This document shows positions 28,147 through 36,957 of a stretch of 49,397 nucleotides of DNA, piece by piece. Position 1 is the first letter of the stretch. Each line of letters begins with the position of its first letter. This DNA is from an uncultured archaeon (GTDB lineage Archaea > Asgardarchaeota > Lokiarchaeia > Sigyniarchaeales > SOKP01): NCBI GenBank assembly GCA_964508365.1, contig CAZDTP010000026.1, positions 1 to 49,397 on the forward strand, read 5' to 3'. The position numbers were made by a program, and so were the translations under genes. The notes beneath the pieces are model-generated. The model saw only the letters and a list, made by a program, of their open reading frames with translations. It made no database searches and was not told the origin of the DNA.

Positions 28147-29574
28147 ATGTATATACAAAATTATTCGCAATTAATTTCAGAGAGCCTAAATAGAGATTCC
28201 TTAGAGTTAAGAAAAATAGGGCTGAAGTCATTGGAAATAGCAATCAGATCGGTCGAGCCTAGAAAATTAATTAGAAATGCTATAAAGATTTATGATGAAA
28301 ACCTTATAATCGAGGAGGATAAATACGATCTTAAGAAATTTGAGAGAATTTTAATTATTGGGGGCGGAAAGGCAACTGCTCAAATGGCTATTACATTAGA
28401 TGGATTACTAAAAACCTACTCCAAAATTGTATATGAGGGATTTGTGAACATCCCTGACGATCAAGAATCAAAATTTCTTAGCTCGGCAAAGAATATTAAA
28501 ATGAATTTAGCATCTCATCCTATACCAAATGAAGCTGGGTTAAACGGTGTTAATAAGATGTTAGAACTTGTTGAAGGTACCAATAAAGAGGATTTAATAA
28601 TTTGTTTATTTTCTGGAGGTGGTTCTGCTTTACTACCTCTGCCAAAAAAAAATATCACTCTCATAGACATTCAAAAGACCAATTCGCTGTTATTAGCCTC
28701 GGGTGCGTCAATTCACGAAATTAACACGATACGAAAACATATCTCTGACTTCAAGGGAGGTAACCTCGCGAAGAGAATCTATATGAATAGTAAGGCAACT
28801 ACGCTGACACTTATAATTTCTGATGTTGTAGGGAACAAATTGGATTCAATTGCGTCTGGTCCTACTATTCCTGACTTAACAACTTTCAGCGACGCATATC
28901 AAGTTTTGTTGAAATACAATTTACTTGATAGGATTCCTATGACTGTTAAAGAGGTTATTATGGAAGGTGTAAAAAATCCACAATTAGAAAATCCATCTAA
29001 GAACGATCCCATTTTCGAAAATGTCCATACTTATCTAATTGGAAGCGTCGAAATAAGCGCGAAAGAGGTGTCTGATTATCTAAGGAATTACAACTTTGAG
29101 ATTGATTATTTTTCAAGCGAAATTTCGGGAGAAGCAGCAGACTTTGGAAAACATCTTTACGAATTAATAACAGAAAAACTTAGGGAATACTCGAAAGGAT
29201 CTAAAAAATCAAGGATAGCAATGATCGGAACTGGAGAACTTACTGTAACATTACGAGGGAAAGGAATTGGCGGAAGGAACCAAGAAATGCTTTTAAATTT
29301 TCTCAAAACAATTAAAAGCGAAAAAATTGATTATAATTTCTTTGTATTAGGATGTAATCTCGATGGGATTGAAGGAAATAGTAAGGCAATGGGTGCAATC
29401 GTAGATAATAGTTTATTAATGGAAACTATTAAGAATAATGTTAACATCGAAGAATATTTAAAAAGCAATAACTCTAATGCCTTTTTTAACCTTCTAAATG
29501 GAGAAATTATCACAGGTCCTACTGGTATAAATGTAAACGACTTGGTATTGATCTTACTCGAACCTGATGTTTAA
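28147..29574 (+). CDS. gck: Glycerate 2-kinase (MOFRL family)
   Basis: IIGGGKA, ASHPIP, LFSGGGSAL, NTIRKHIS..KGG, ISDVVG, IASGPT, GGRNQE, DGIEG, TGPTGINVND. Confidence 0.93.
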   Translation: MYIQNYSQLISESLNRDSLELRKIGLKSLEIAIRSVEPRKLIRNAIKIYDENLIIEEDKYDLKKFERILIIGGGKATAQMAITLDGLLKTYSKIVYEGFVNIPDDQESKFLSSAKNIKMNLASHPIPNEAGLNGVNKMLELVEGTNKEDLIICLFSGGGSALLPLPKKNITLIDIQKTNSLLLASGASIHEINTIRKHISDFKGGNLAKRIYMNSKATTLTLIISDVVGNKLDSIASGPTIPDLTTFSDAYQVLLKYNLLDRIPMTVKEVIMEGVKNPQLENPSKNDPIFENVHTYLIGSVEISAKEVSDYLRNYNFEIDYFSSEISGEAADFGKHLYELITEKLREYSKGSKKSRIAMIGTGELTVTLRGKGIGGRNQEMLLNFLKTIKSEKIDYNFFVLGCNLDGIEGNSKAMGAIVDNSLLMETIKNNVNIEEYLKSNNSNAFFNLLNGEIITGPTGINVNDLVLILLEPDV

Positions 29575-29621
29575 TGTAGAAAAATAATAGTTTTTATACT
29601 ATAATAGATATGAAGATAGTG

Positions 29622-29786
29622 ATGAATCTAGACTCCAACTTTATTATAACATGCCCTGCGTGCGGTTATTCATTCAAAAAACCAAATATAATGCCAAAAG
29701 AAAAGAGATTTATATGTCCGATGTGTAGATATATTATTAAGAGCCATAACGACATGCCTTCTAAATTTGACGATTTTACGATCTAA
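29622..29786 (+). CDS. Zinc-ribbon microprotein (54 aa), below the ORF-track cutoff
   Basis: MNLDSNFIITCPACGYSFKKPNIMPKEKRFICPMCRYIIKSHNDMPSKFDDFTI*; two CPxC knuckles; in-frame alternative ATG at 29610. Confidence 0.72.
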   Translation: MNLDSNFIITCPACGYSFKKPNIMPKEKRFICPMCRYIIKSHNDMPSKFDDFTI

Positions 29787-29935
29787 AACTATCTTGAAAA
29801 AAAAATTAAACAAATAAAATTTTTTCAGATCTAAATTTTAGTTAATAAATCTTTTTTAACTATCAAGATTACATAATTATTAATCCATAGATAGTTATGG
29901 AATATTTACGAAAATGTAAAAAATGGTAATTAAAC

Positions 29936-32128
29936 ATGGCACGTATGAAAAAAGAGAAAGAATCTAGTAAGTCAAGAGAAAAACCTAAACCAAGTTATGG
30001 TTGGGCTGCTGAAGAAGCTGCTGAAGAAAATTTAGCTGAAGGTCTAAAGAGATCCGATCTAGATGAACGTAAAGTGACTCTAGTCGATAGAGATATTTCT
30101 ACACCCGTAATCGAGACATATGATGCAAAAACAGGTGAATTAGAAGGATCAATTTTACTAAAAGATGGCAATAGAGAAGGAGTAACGGGAATGGTGAAAA
30201 TTATCGAAAATGTTGATGTTTCGTTAGATCACGACTCTAACATAGAATCGATTAACTTTAAAGGCAAGTTAAGCGTGGAAAATCAATCAAAAAAAGACAG
30301 GTTATGGGATATTGATCTTTCCCTCAAAAATATTGAACGTACTAATTTAAAATCAAAAGATATTAAAATTAGAGAGCTCGGAACGGATAAAGATACAAAT
30401 GCTTATACTGAAAATTTTATTATTAAGGAAGAAATCAAAAATTTGCTTCTGATTCAAGAGTATGTTAACACTCTTCCCTCAGCCGATAATGTTCTAAATC
30501 TAAGGGATATTGAATCTAACTTACTCAAAGCGAAAGATAAAACCAGTAAGGCAGGCGCTAAGGTAAAAGAAAGAATAACTCCTGTAGAAGAATACGATGA
30601 AGAAGAGGAGGATGAGGAGGAAGAGGAGGATGAGGAGGAAGAGGAGGATGAATCCCTTGAAGATGGAGGAAATGCCTCAGATGGATCTTCTCTACAAGCT
30701 TTTGGAATTTCAATAGACAAAGAAAATACTGTTACATTTGCTATTGCAATGAGAAATTTATTCGCAAAAGCAATTAAAAATGTAAAAGTAGTGAAAATTA
30801 TTCCTGGGGATTTTAAAAATCCAGTTATAAAAGACACAACAGAAGGACGAGCAGAGGTTGTAGGTAATAAGATTGTCTGGAACATTGAGAGATTAATGCC
30901 TGAAACAACCGTTCTCATGAAATTTACCTGCAGTATCTTAGTAACAGACATTACTAAGAGGAAAACAGGTAAAATTGATGTAACATATGAAGCATCATCT
31001 TCCTTTGCAGAAGGTCTTGACATCGATAAATACGACGCTTATACTAGAAACAAATTTTACGTGGATACGGTAGAACGCGATGAAGAACCAGGCGTTTGGG
31101 ATTGCAAGCTCGTTTTTGAAAATCCTTCAGAATTTATAATTCAACTGTTTAATGCAGATGTTTATTCTCCAGAGAATAAATCTACGAAATACGTTGATAT
31201 AGATCCCAAGGATGTCCCATTATTACCAGCTGGTGCTCAATGGCATTCTAAGATGTGGAAATTTGAATCTGAAGAATATCCTGCTTTTAGGAAGAAGCTC
31301 GAATTTCGCGTAATGCCTGATTTTCAAACAATCGTCAATGGAACTGCTTCTATTTCTGATGTTATATTAGAAATCGCAAGTATAACAGGTGATATGTCTT
31401 ACGATATAGAACAAGTTCCTACGTACAAAGAGAAAGATGTTATTGCGACATTGAAAATGATTAATAATGGTTCAGCCCCATTAAACGAAATTACAGTTGT
31501 TCAGCAACATTTCAATAACGAATATCAACCACCTAAAGCTAAAGAGATAAAGCTATTATGGAACAATGACGAAATTGAGCTTGATTCGGGATCTGTTAAT
31601 ATTGACGGAAATGTCTTTAAAATTTCACTGAAAGATCTCAGAAACTCGAGTAATGGTTTGTTTATGCCGGAATCATCTTTAAAGTTTCAATACCCTATTC
31701 ATTGTATCAATCCAGCTCAAGATTCAAAATTTGAATCAGAGATAATTTACTACACTAATACATTCCCAGTTTCTCAAGAATTAGAGTTTAAGCCAGAAGT
31801 ACCCGTTATAGAAGCCTTACACCTGAGAAGAAGATTTAGAATTGGAAAGGAAGTCCTTCCAATTGGTGATTTGGGCAACTATGAGATAATCTTAACTGTT
31901 GAAAATATTGGTACAGCACCTTTACAAAAGATAGTTCTCATGGACAAGGTTCCGGATAGCTTTGAGTATTCGGATTATTCTATGAAACCCGAAATTACTG
32001 ATGAAGTTGGTGAGGATACACTTAAGTGGACTATTGATAAACTAGATGCTGAAGAGAAAATAGAAATAACTTATAAAATTAGCGGCACTGGAGCTTACTC
32101 TCCAAGCGATGCACAACTTGGACTATAA
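29936..32128 (+). CDS. Cytoplasmic beta-sandwich protein: mu-adaptin C-terminal (MHD)-like region with an acidic insert, followed by further Ig/DUF11-like domains
   Basis: No signal peptide. IIENVDVSLD..SINFKGKLSVEN and KNVKVVKIIP..PVIKDTTEGRAEV..IVWNI..LMKF resemble mu-adaptin segments; C-terminal ILTVENIG..VLMDKVP..LKWTI..ITYKI is DUF11-like. Confidence 0.65.
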   Translation: MARMKKEKESSKSREKPKPSYGWAAEEAAEENLAEGLKRSDLDERKVTLVDRDISTPVIETYDAKTGELEGSILLKDGNREGVTGMVKIIENVDVSLDHDSNIESINFKGKLSVENQSKKDRLWDIDLSLKNIERTNLKSKDIKIRELGTDKDTNAYTENFIIKEEIKNLLLIQEYVNTLPSADNVLNLRDIESNLLKAKDKTSKAGAKVKERITPVEEYDEEEEDEEEEEDEEEEEDESLEDGGNASDGSSLQAFGISIDKENTVTFAIAMRNLFAKAIKNVKVVKIIPGDFKNPVIKDTTEGRAEVVGNKIVWNIERLMPETTVLMKFTCSILVTDITKRKTGKIDVTYEASSSFAEGLDIDKYDAYTRNKFYVDTVERDEEPGVWDCKLVFENPSEFIIQLFNADVYSPENKSTKYVDIDPKDVPLLPAGAQWHSKMWKFESEEYPAFRKKLEFRVMPDFQTIVNGTASISDVILEIASITGDMSYDIEQVPTYKEKDVIATLKMINNGSAPLNEITVVQQHFNNEYQPPKAKEIKLLWNNDEIELDSGSVNIDGNVFKISLKDLRNSSNGLFMPESSLKFQYPIHCINPAQDSKFESEIIYYTNTFPVSQELEFKPEVPVIEALHLRRRFRIGKEVLPIGDLGNYEIILTVENIGTAPLQKIVLMDKVPDSFEYSDYSMKPEITDEVGEDTLKWTIDKLDAEEKIEITYKISGTGAYSPSDAQLGL
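30602..30651 (+). repeat. 18-bp tandem repeat (gaagaggaggatgaggag) x2.8 encoding a poly-Glu/Asp tract
   Basis: Units at 30602, 30620 and 30638 (partial). Confidence 0.9.
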
Positions 32129-32286
32129 TTATTATTTATTCTTAACATTTTTTTTTATATTATTTTTAAATTATCATATTCATTTAATAAGTTTGAAAGA
32201 ACTTCTATAAGTATAATTAATGAATATATATTCTGCTATTATTATTATTAAAGAATCACAATATTTAGTATCTCGTGTAATGAAAC

Positions 32287-33966
32287 ATGTCAAAACTCAA
32301 AAAACACTTTAATTTAAATTGGATGTTTGAATGTCCTGATGCTATTCTTACTTGTTCAACTCTTAAGTGTGGAGATAGAACATATATCGTTTTTGGGGGA
32401 CATGACAAAACATTATATCTAATGGACGAAGATTTAAACATTCTTGATAATATTACTTTCGATGGTTGGGTCCGAACTACTTATCCTATAGATATAACTA
32501 AAGATGGCTGTGAGGAGATTCTGGTGGGTGCTGGTGATGGCAATTTCTTGGTTGTTAAATTAGTCAAAGGCATCAACAAGTTAGCTGGTATTATGAATTA
32601 TAAGTCAAAGGGTAAAGTACTTAGCGTTATTGCCGGAGATTTTACAAGAGATAAAAATGTAGAGCTGATTTATGGAAGCGAAGATAAAACTCTTAAAATT
32701 TTCGAAAGTATTGATTCCACTCAGCCCAAATTCACGTTATATTATGATTCGTGGGTGACAGCAGTTACCCTTGGTTATTTAAAGCTTTCAGATGTTGATA
32801 TACCAATTTACGGCTTACTTTTAGGGACTAAAAATGGATTACTTCAATTGATTCAATTTAAGGAAAAAAAACCCGATATAGTATGGCAAATAGACCTTAA
32901 ATCGCAAATCAATACGATAGAGATAGGAGATGTCACGAACGATGGATATTATGAAATCGTAGTTGGAACTGACGATTCATTTGTAAGAATTTTTAATAGT
33001 GAAGGAGAAGAGTTAAAAGCTATAAAGATCGAAGAAAGTCGGCCTATTTCTTTAAAAATACTTGATATCGATGCAGATAACGCTAAAGAGATAATAGTTG
33101 GATGTGCTGATGGTTCGCTTTATGTATACCATAATCCTAACTTGAATTCATTAGATATTGAGTTGAAATGGAAAACTTCCGCATCAAATTCTATTAAGAT
33201 TGTTTCATCCATTGTAAATCATGAGGATGCTATAACAAACATTTTAATTGGTGGGTATGATAGAAGTATTAGGTGTCTCAGTGATTTTGAATGCGGTGAG
33301 AAACCTCCTTTAGAGATTCCTTATAATATAAAAATTCCAGAATCTCAACCTACAGAAATGGAGGCAAAAGACGCGAAACCCATTATATTCGAAACAGTTC
33401 CAACTAACATTAGAGAATATATTTTCAAATATTTAATAGATAATAGGATTATTGAGGGAATTGGTGCAGAATTAGAGAAAAAAGGATACCTCACTGATAG
33501 TGTTGTAGAAGAATTTCAGCGAATGATTTCGGAAAAATCTGATTCCTACAATAAGATAACATATTCAGTGTGGACTCTGCCAGAAGATAAAATAAGTTTA
33601 GGTGGTACGACTGGAGCTCCCGTTATAAAGGGAAAAAAGATAAAACCAATTGTAATAGAGCAAGAGATTACTCCTCAAAAAGGAGAGGCGTTAATCGATG
33701 CTTTGAAGCAGGAGGGTAAAAAAGAAAACGCTATAAAAAGTACACCCTCTACAGAAACAGTAGCTGAAAAAAATTTAAATACTATTATTATCACTCATGT
33801 AGAAAAATTCAAATTGATCCCCTCTAAAAACAAATTAATCGAAGATGTTGTGATTTTGGGATATGATAGGGATGTTGTGGAAAAGCAGATCGATAAATTG
33901 AGAATAGAGGGAGTCCTCATTTATTCGCGTTCAGAGCCTAAAGGATGGAGTCTGGGGACTTATTAA
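32287..33966 (+). CDS. FG-GAP/WD-like beta-propeller protein with a linker and C-terminal winged-helix-like domain
   Basis: Repeated blades DITKDGCEEILVGAGD, GDFTRDKNVELIYGSED, GDVTNDGYYEIVVGTDD, DIDADNAKEIIVGCAD; C-terminal helix-helix-helix-wing pattern; no signal peptide. Confidence 0.8.
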   Translation: MSKLKKHFNLNWMFECPDAILTCSTLKCGDRTYIVFGGHDKTLYLMDEDLNILDNITFDGWVRTTYPIDITKDGCEEILVGAGDGNFLVVKLVKGINKLAGIMNYKSKGKVLSVIAGDFTRDKNVELIYGSEDKTLKIFESIDSTQPKFTLYYDSWVTAVTLGYLKLSDVDIPIYGLLLGTKNGLLQLIQFKEKKPDIVWQIDLKSQINTIEIGDVTNDGYYEIVVGTDDSFVRIFNSEGEELKAIKIEESRPISLKILDIDADNAKEIIVGCADGSLYVYHNPNLNSLDIELKWKTSASNSIKIVSSIVNHEDAITNILIGGYDRSIRCLSDFECGEKPPLEIPYNIKIPESQPTEMEAKDAKPIIFETVPTNIREYIFKYLIDNRIIEGIGAELEKKGYLTDSVVEEFQRMISEKSDSYNKITYSVWTLPEDKISLGGTTGAPVIKGKKIKPIVIEQEITPQKGEALIDALKQEGKKENAIKSTPSTETVAEKNLNTIIITHVEKFKLIPSKNKLIEDVVILGYDRDVVEKQIDKLRIEGVLIYSRSEPKGWSLGTY

Positions 33967-33971
33967 TTCCT

Positions 33972-34409
33972 TCAATTCAAGATAAAAGCTTTAATCTCGT
34001 TCTGAAATGGTTCAAATTGATTAAGTTCTGTTAAGTCCTTATTACTATATCTCGTTATAAAAAGGTTCAAGATGGGGTCAATTTTTTCAAGGAATTTTTT
34101 AACAAACTTATCGGTATCTTTCTTTTTTTTGTCTACTAAACCATATAAAATGACAGGTTCCTTTAAATCGCAATTTTCAGCTAGCATTTCAAGGGCTTTA
34201 AAAATAAATAGGATGTTCCCTGATTCTAAATATTCTAATGAAAGATTGTTAAAAGCGGTTTTGGTAAATATGTTTATTGCTGAAATAAATCCCCCTCTCA
34301 AATCCATGCTTGCTTTGCTAAGATTTTCCTTTTTTTCGATTTTCTTAAACTCGTAGCTTACCAGAATAAATCCTCGGAATACGATACCTATTTCGTACAG
34401 TTCTTTCAT
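33972..34409 (-). CDS. Stand-alone longin-like protein
   Basis: N-terminal beta-hairpin EIGIVFRGFILVSYEF, helix DLRGGFISAINIF, strands LEYLESGNILFIF and VILYGLVD, C-terminal helices ending QFEPFQNEI. Confidence 0.62.
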   Translation of the reverse strand: MKELYEIGIVFRGFILVSYEFKKIEKKENLSKASMDLRGGFISAINIFTKTAFNNLSLEYLESGNILFIFKALEMLAENCDLKEPVILYGLVDKKKKDTDKFVKKFLEKIDPILNLFITRYSNKDLTELNQFEPFQNEIKAFILN

Positions 34410-34524
34410 TTTTCTAATTTGATATTTCTTAGAAAGAGTTCTATATTAACCTTATAATTCTTATAAAAACTTACATATTTATTATTACACAAAAAATTCA
34501 CAAAATCATTCTTAGGTTACACAA

Positions 34525-34722
34525 TTGAAAAAAGTATGTAAGTGGTATCAATGTTGCCCGATTAAATATTTTGTAGATCACGGAATGCTTGAAAAAAAAT
34601 GGGTTGAAGACTACTGTTTAGTAGGAAATAAGAAGTGTATTAGATATTTGAAAGAAGAGAGTGGGGAATTCCATCCCGATAATTTACTTCCTAATGGAGA
34701 GATTCGAGAAGAATTAAAATGA
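34525..34722 (+). CDS. Small Cys-rich protein of the family often found as an N-terminal or stand-alone partner of uracil-DNA glycosylase
   Basis: CKWYxxCP...KKWVEDYC...CIRY...HPDNLLPNG pattern recognised from memory; TTG start. Confidence 0.65.
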   Translation: MKKVCKWYQCCPIKYFVDHGMLEKKWVEDYCLVGNKKCIRYLKEESGEFHPDNLLPNGEIREELK

Positions 34723-35403
34723 ATAAAGATTGCCAACACATATATGCTTAAATTGTTCAGAGAATCTTTGCCTTATTTCCCTAATTTTTTGCGTACAATG
34801 GCAAGCTCCTATAAATTCAATTCCTTCTAGGAAAGATAGATCCCGAAATCCATGGAAACCCCCAATAACAGCTTCTATTTTTTTTGACAGCGTTTGACCC
34901 TTTAAAATAAATGCTTCTAAACCGGGATGTGCGCAACCTGAGATTATGATTAAACTATTATTATCAGTTTTTAAAAACAAAGCTTGCTCTTTTAAGGACA
35001 TACTTCCAAATTGACCAGAAGAAAAAATATTCTTGTCAACCTCAAACAGCTCAGATATACCTTGTACTTGAGCTTCGGGGTAAGTCCTTATAAAAGAATT
35101 CATATCTTGGTGTGGTACATAAATTTCGATTTCATGATTAATCTTATAAATTTCTTTTAAACCTCCAGCATGGTCGTAGTGGTTATGAGATATTATAACT
35201 TTCTTTATATCTGAAACTTTAATGTTAAATTTGTTTATGTTGTGAACTAAAATATCACCTTTACTTCCTGTATCAAACAATAAGTAAGTTTTTGAAAGAG
35301 AATTATAAATTAAGGCTGAAAATCCAAAACCCATCAAAAAACCCGGTTGTGCGCAGAGATCGTCATAAACAATTCTAATTTCAAAAGAAAAGTCAGATTT
35401 CAT
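34714..35403 (-). CDS. MBL-fold metallo-hydrolase (COG1237-like)
   Basis: LLFDTG, SHNHYDHAGG, GCAHPG, IGGFH, CHCT. Confidence 0.88.
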   Translation of the reverse strand: MKSDFSFEIRIVYDDLCAQPGFLMGFGFSALIYNSLSKTYLLFDTGSKGDILVHNINKFNIKVSDIKKVIISHNHYDHAGGLKEIYKINHEIEIYVPHQDMNSFIRTYPEAQVQGISELFEVDKNIFSSGQFGSMSLKEQALFLKTDNNSLIIISGCAHPGLEAFILKGQTLSKKIEAVIGGFHGFRDLSFLEGIEFIGACHCTQKIREIRQRFSEQFKHICVGNLYSF

Positions 35404-35455
35404 AATTATAAAAAGATTTTACCCATTATTAACTATTAGTATATGGATAAATATC

Positions 35456-36262
35456 TTATTGTGATTTTTTGCTTAAAATAATAGCTTCTTCAGGACATTT
35501 AGAGACACAGACTCCACATCCAAAGCATAAATCGGGGGAAAATGTTAATTTTTCTTTAAGGAGTTTTCTTGCGCCAAAGTAACACCAATGTTCGCATAAT
35601 CCACAATTATTACATTTTACTAAATCCGTAACAGCAATAAAATCAGATTTTATCATCTGAGGAGAACCGCTTGTTAAGAATTTATTCATAATTACACAAC
35701 AGCATGGACAACAATTACAAACAACATAATAGAACATAGGATTAGGAAAATAAATAATCTGGTGGACTAATCCCCGTCTGTCACTTTCTTCCAAAAGTTG
35801 TTTTATCTCTCTCTTTGAAACTTTTACTAGATTTTCCGATTTATAGGGAATTTCGCGCAATGATTTTCCAAACCCTATGTGAATACAGGTTTTAATAGGG
35901 TGATCACAATTTGGTGAATCTGAATGCTTTCTTTGCGTTTCTCTACAATAGCAATTAGAGATTCCAGTTACCTTTGATCTGCTTAACAGCGCCAGAATCT
36001 CTTGGGAAGGAAGAAACTTGGTCTCAATGTCTAAGTTTATATACAATGGAATAACCTTTCCTCCCCACCTACTCTTAATAATGTACCGATTAAATATTTT
36101 AATCGTGTTAATGTTTAACTTAATGTCAAGAAATCTAAAAACTTCGAGTATTAAATATTCAAATCCTCCGAATACAAACGACAGAATTTTACCTATAATG
36201 GGTACTCTGTCTAAAAGCATATCGAATTTTGCGTGAAAAAGTCTGTAAGGAAAAGTTGCCAT
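35456..36262 (-). CDS. Iron-sulfur protein with CYCR / CNCCPCCC motifs and a C-terminal 2x[4Fe-4S] ferredoxin domain
   Basis: CNNCGLCEHWC and CFGCGVCVSKCP. Confidence 0.88.
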   Translation of the reverse strand: MATFPYRLFHAKFDMLLDRVPIIGKILSFVFGGFEYLILEVFRFLDIKLNINTIKIFNRYIIKSRWGGKVIPLYINLDIETKFLPSQEILALLSRSKVTGISNCYCRETQRKHSDSPNCDHPIKTCIHIGFGKSLREIPYKSENLVKVSKREIKQLLEESDRRGLVHQIIYFPNPMFYYVVCNCCPCCCVIMNKFLTSGSPQMIKSDFIAVTDLVKCNNCGLCEHWCYFGARKLLKEKLTFSPDLCFGCGVCVSKCPEEAIILSKKSQ

Positions 36263-36386
36263 GAAACTGAATCGAATCTACTTTTAAATTAAGGGAGAGA
36301 ATTATGTAATCAATTTAATTATTATTCTTTATTGATTTATACTAATTATAATAAATTTGAAAAAATCAATAGAATAATGAAAGATT

Positions 36387-36896
36387 ATGAGTAATACCGA
36401 AAAAGAAGTTTTAGAGAAAGCATTTGCGTTAGGGAAAAAATACGAACAAGAATGCACTGGATGCGCTCAAACAGCAATTGCAGCGATATTTGAGGCGTTA
36501 GGAATATGGAATGAAGATATATTTAAAGCAGGGAGTGGTTTAGCAGATGGGTTGGGATTAACAGGCGATGGTTCTTGTGGAGCGTTAGTGGGAGCATCTA
36601 TGGTAATAGGATATCTCTTCGGAAGAAGTCGTGAAGATTTTAAAGATATGTATAAACCTATGAAATCTTATACACTTGTAAAAAAATTGCATGATCAATA
36701 CGTCAAACAATATGGTTCTTGCCGTTGTTACGATGTTCAAGAAAAATCGATGGGTAGAACGTTTAATTTATGGAATGCCGATGAAATGAAGGAAGCTTTC
36801 AAGTCGGGAATGATGGAAAATTGTTCTACCCTTGTAGGGAATGTTGCTAAAATTGCTACCAAAATTATCTTGCGTAATGGATTTAAACCGAAATAG
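36387..36896 (+). CDS. C_GCAxxG_C_C family putative redox-active protein
   Basis: CAQ..., GSCGALVG, GSCRC, C-terminal C. Confidence 0.9.
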   Translation: MSNTEKEVLEKAFALGKKYEQECTGCAQTAIAAIFEALGIWNEDIFKAGSGLADGLGLTGDGSCGALVGASMVIGYLFGRSREDFKDMYKPMKSYTLVKKLHDQYVKQYGSCRCYDVQEKSMGRTFNLWNADEMKEAFKSGMMENCSTLVGNVAKIATKIILRNGFKPK

Positions 36897-36957
36897 ATAA
36901 CGGCGATTTCTGAGATTAAAACAATAATGCGAAAAGAATTACATAAGATCTGGCAAA

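Noticed and set aside
30454-31023. 189-aa minus-strand ORF with a poly-Ser run
   Set aside because: Antisense read of the poly-Glu/Asp codons of the real plus-strand gene.
36278-36288. Third copy of the GTPase-promoter motif (ctacttttaaa)
   Set aside because: Only 11 of 18 nt match and the right half of the palindrome is missing; plausible by chance in AT-rich DNA.
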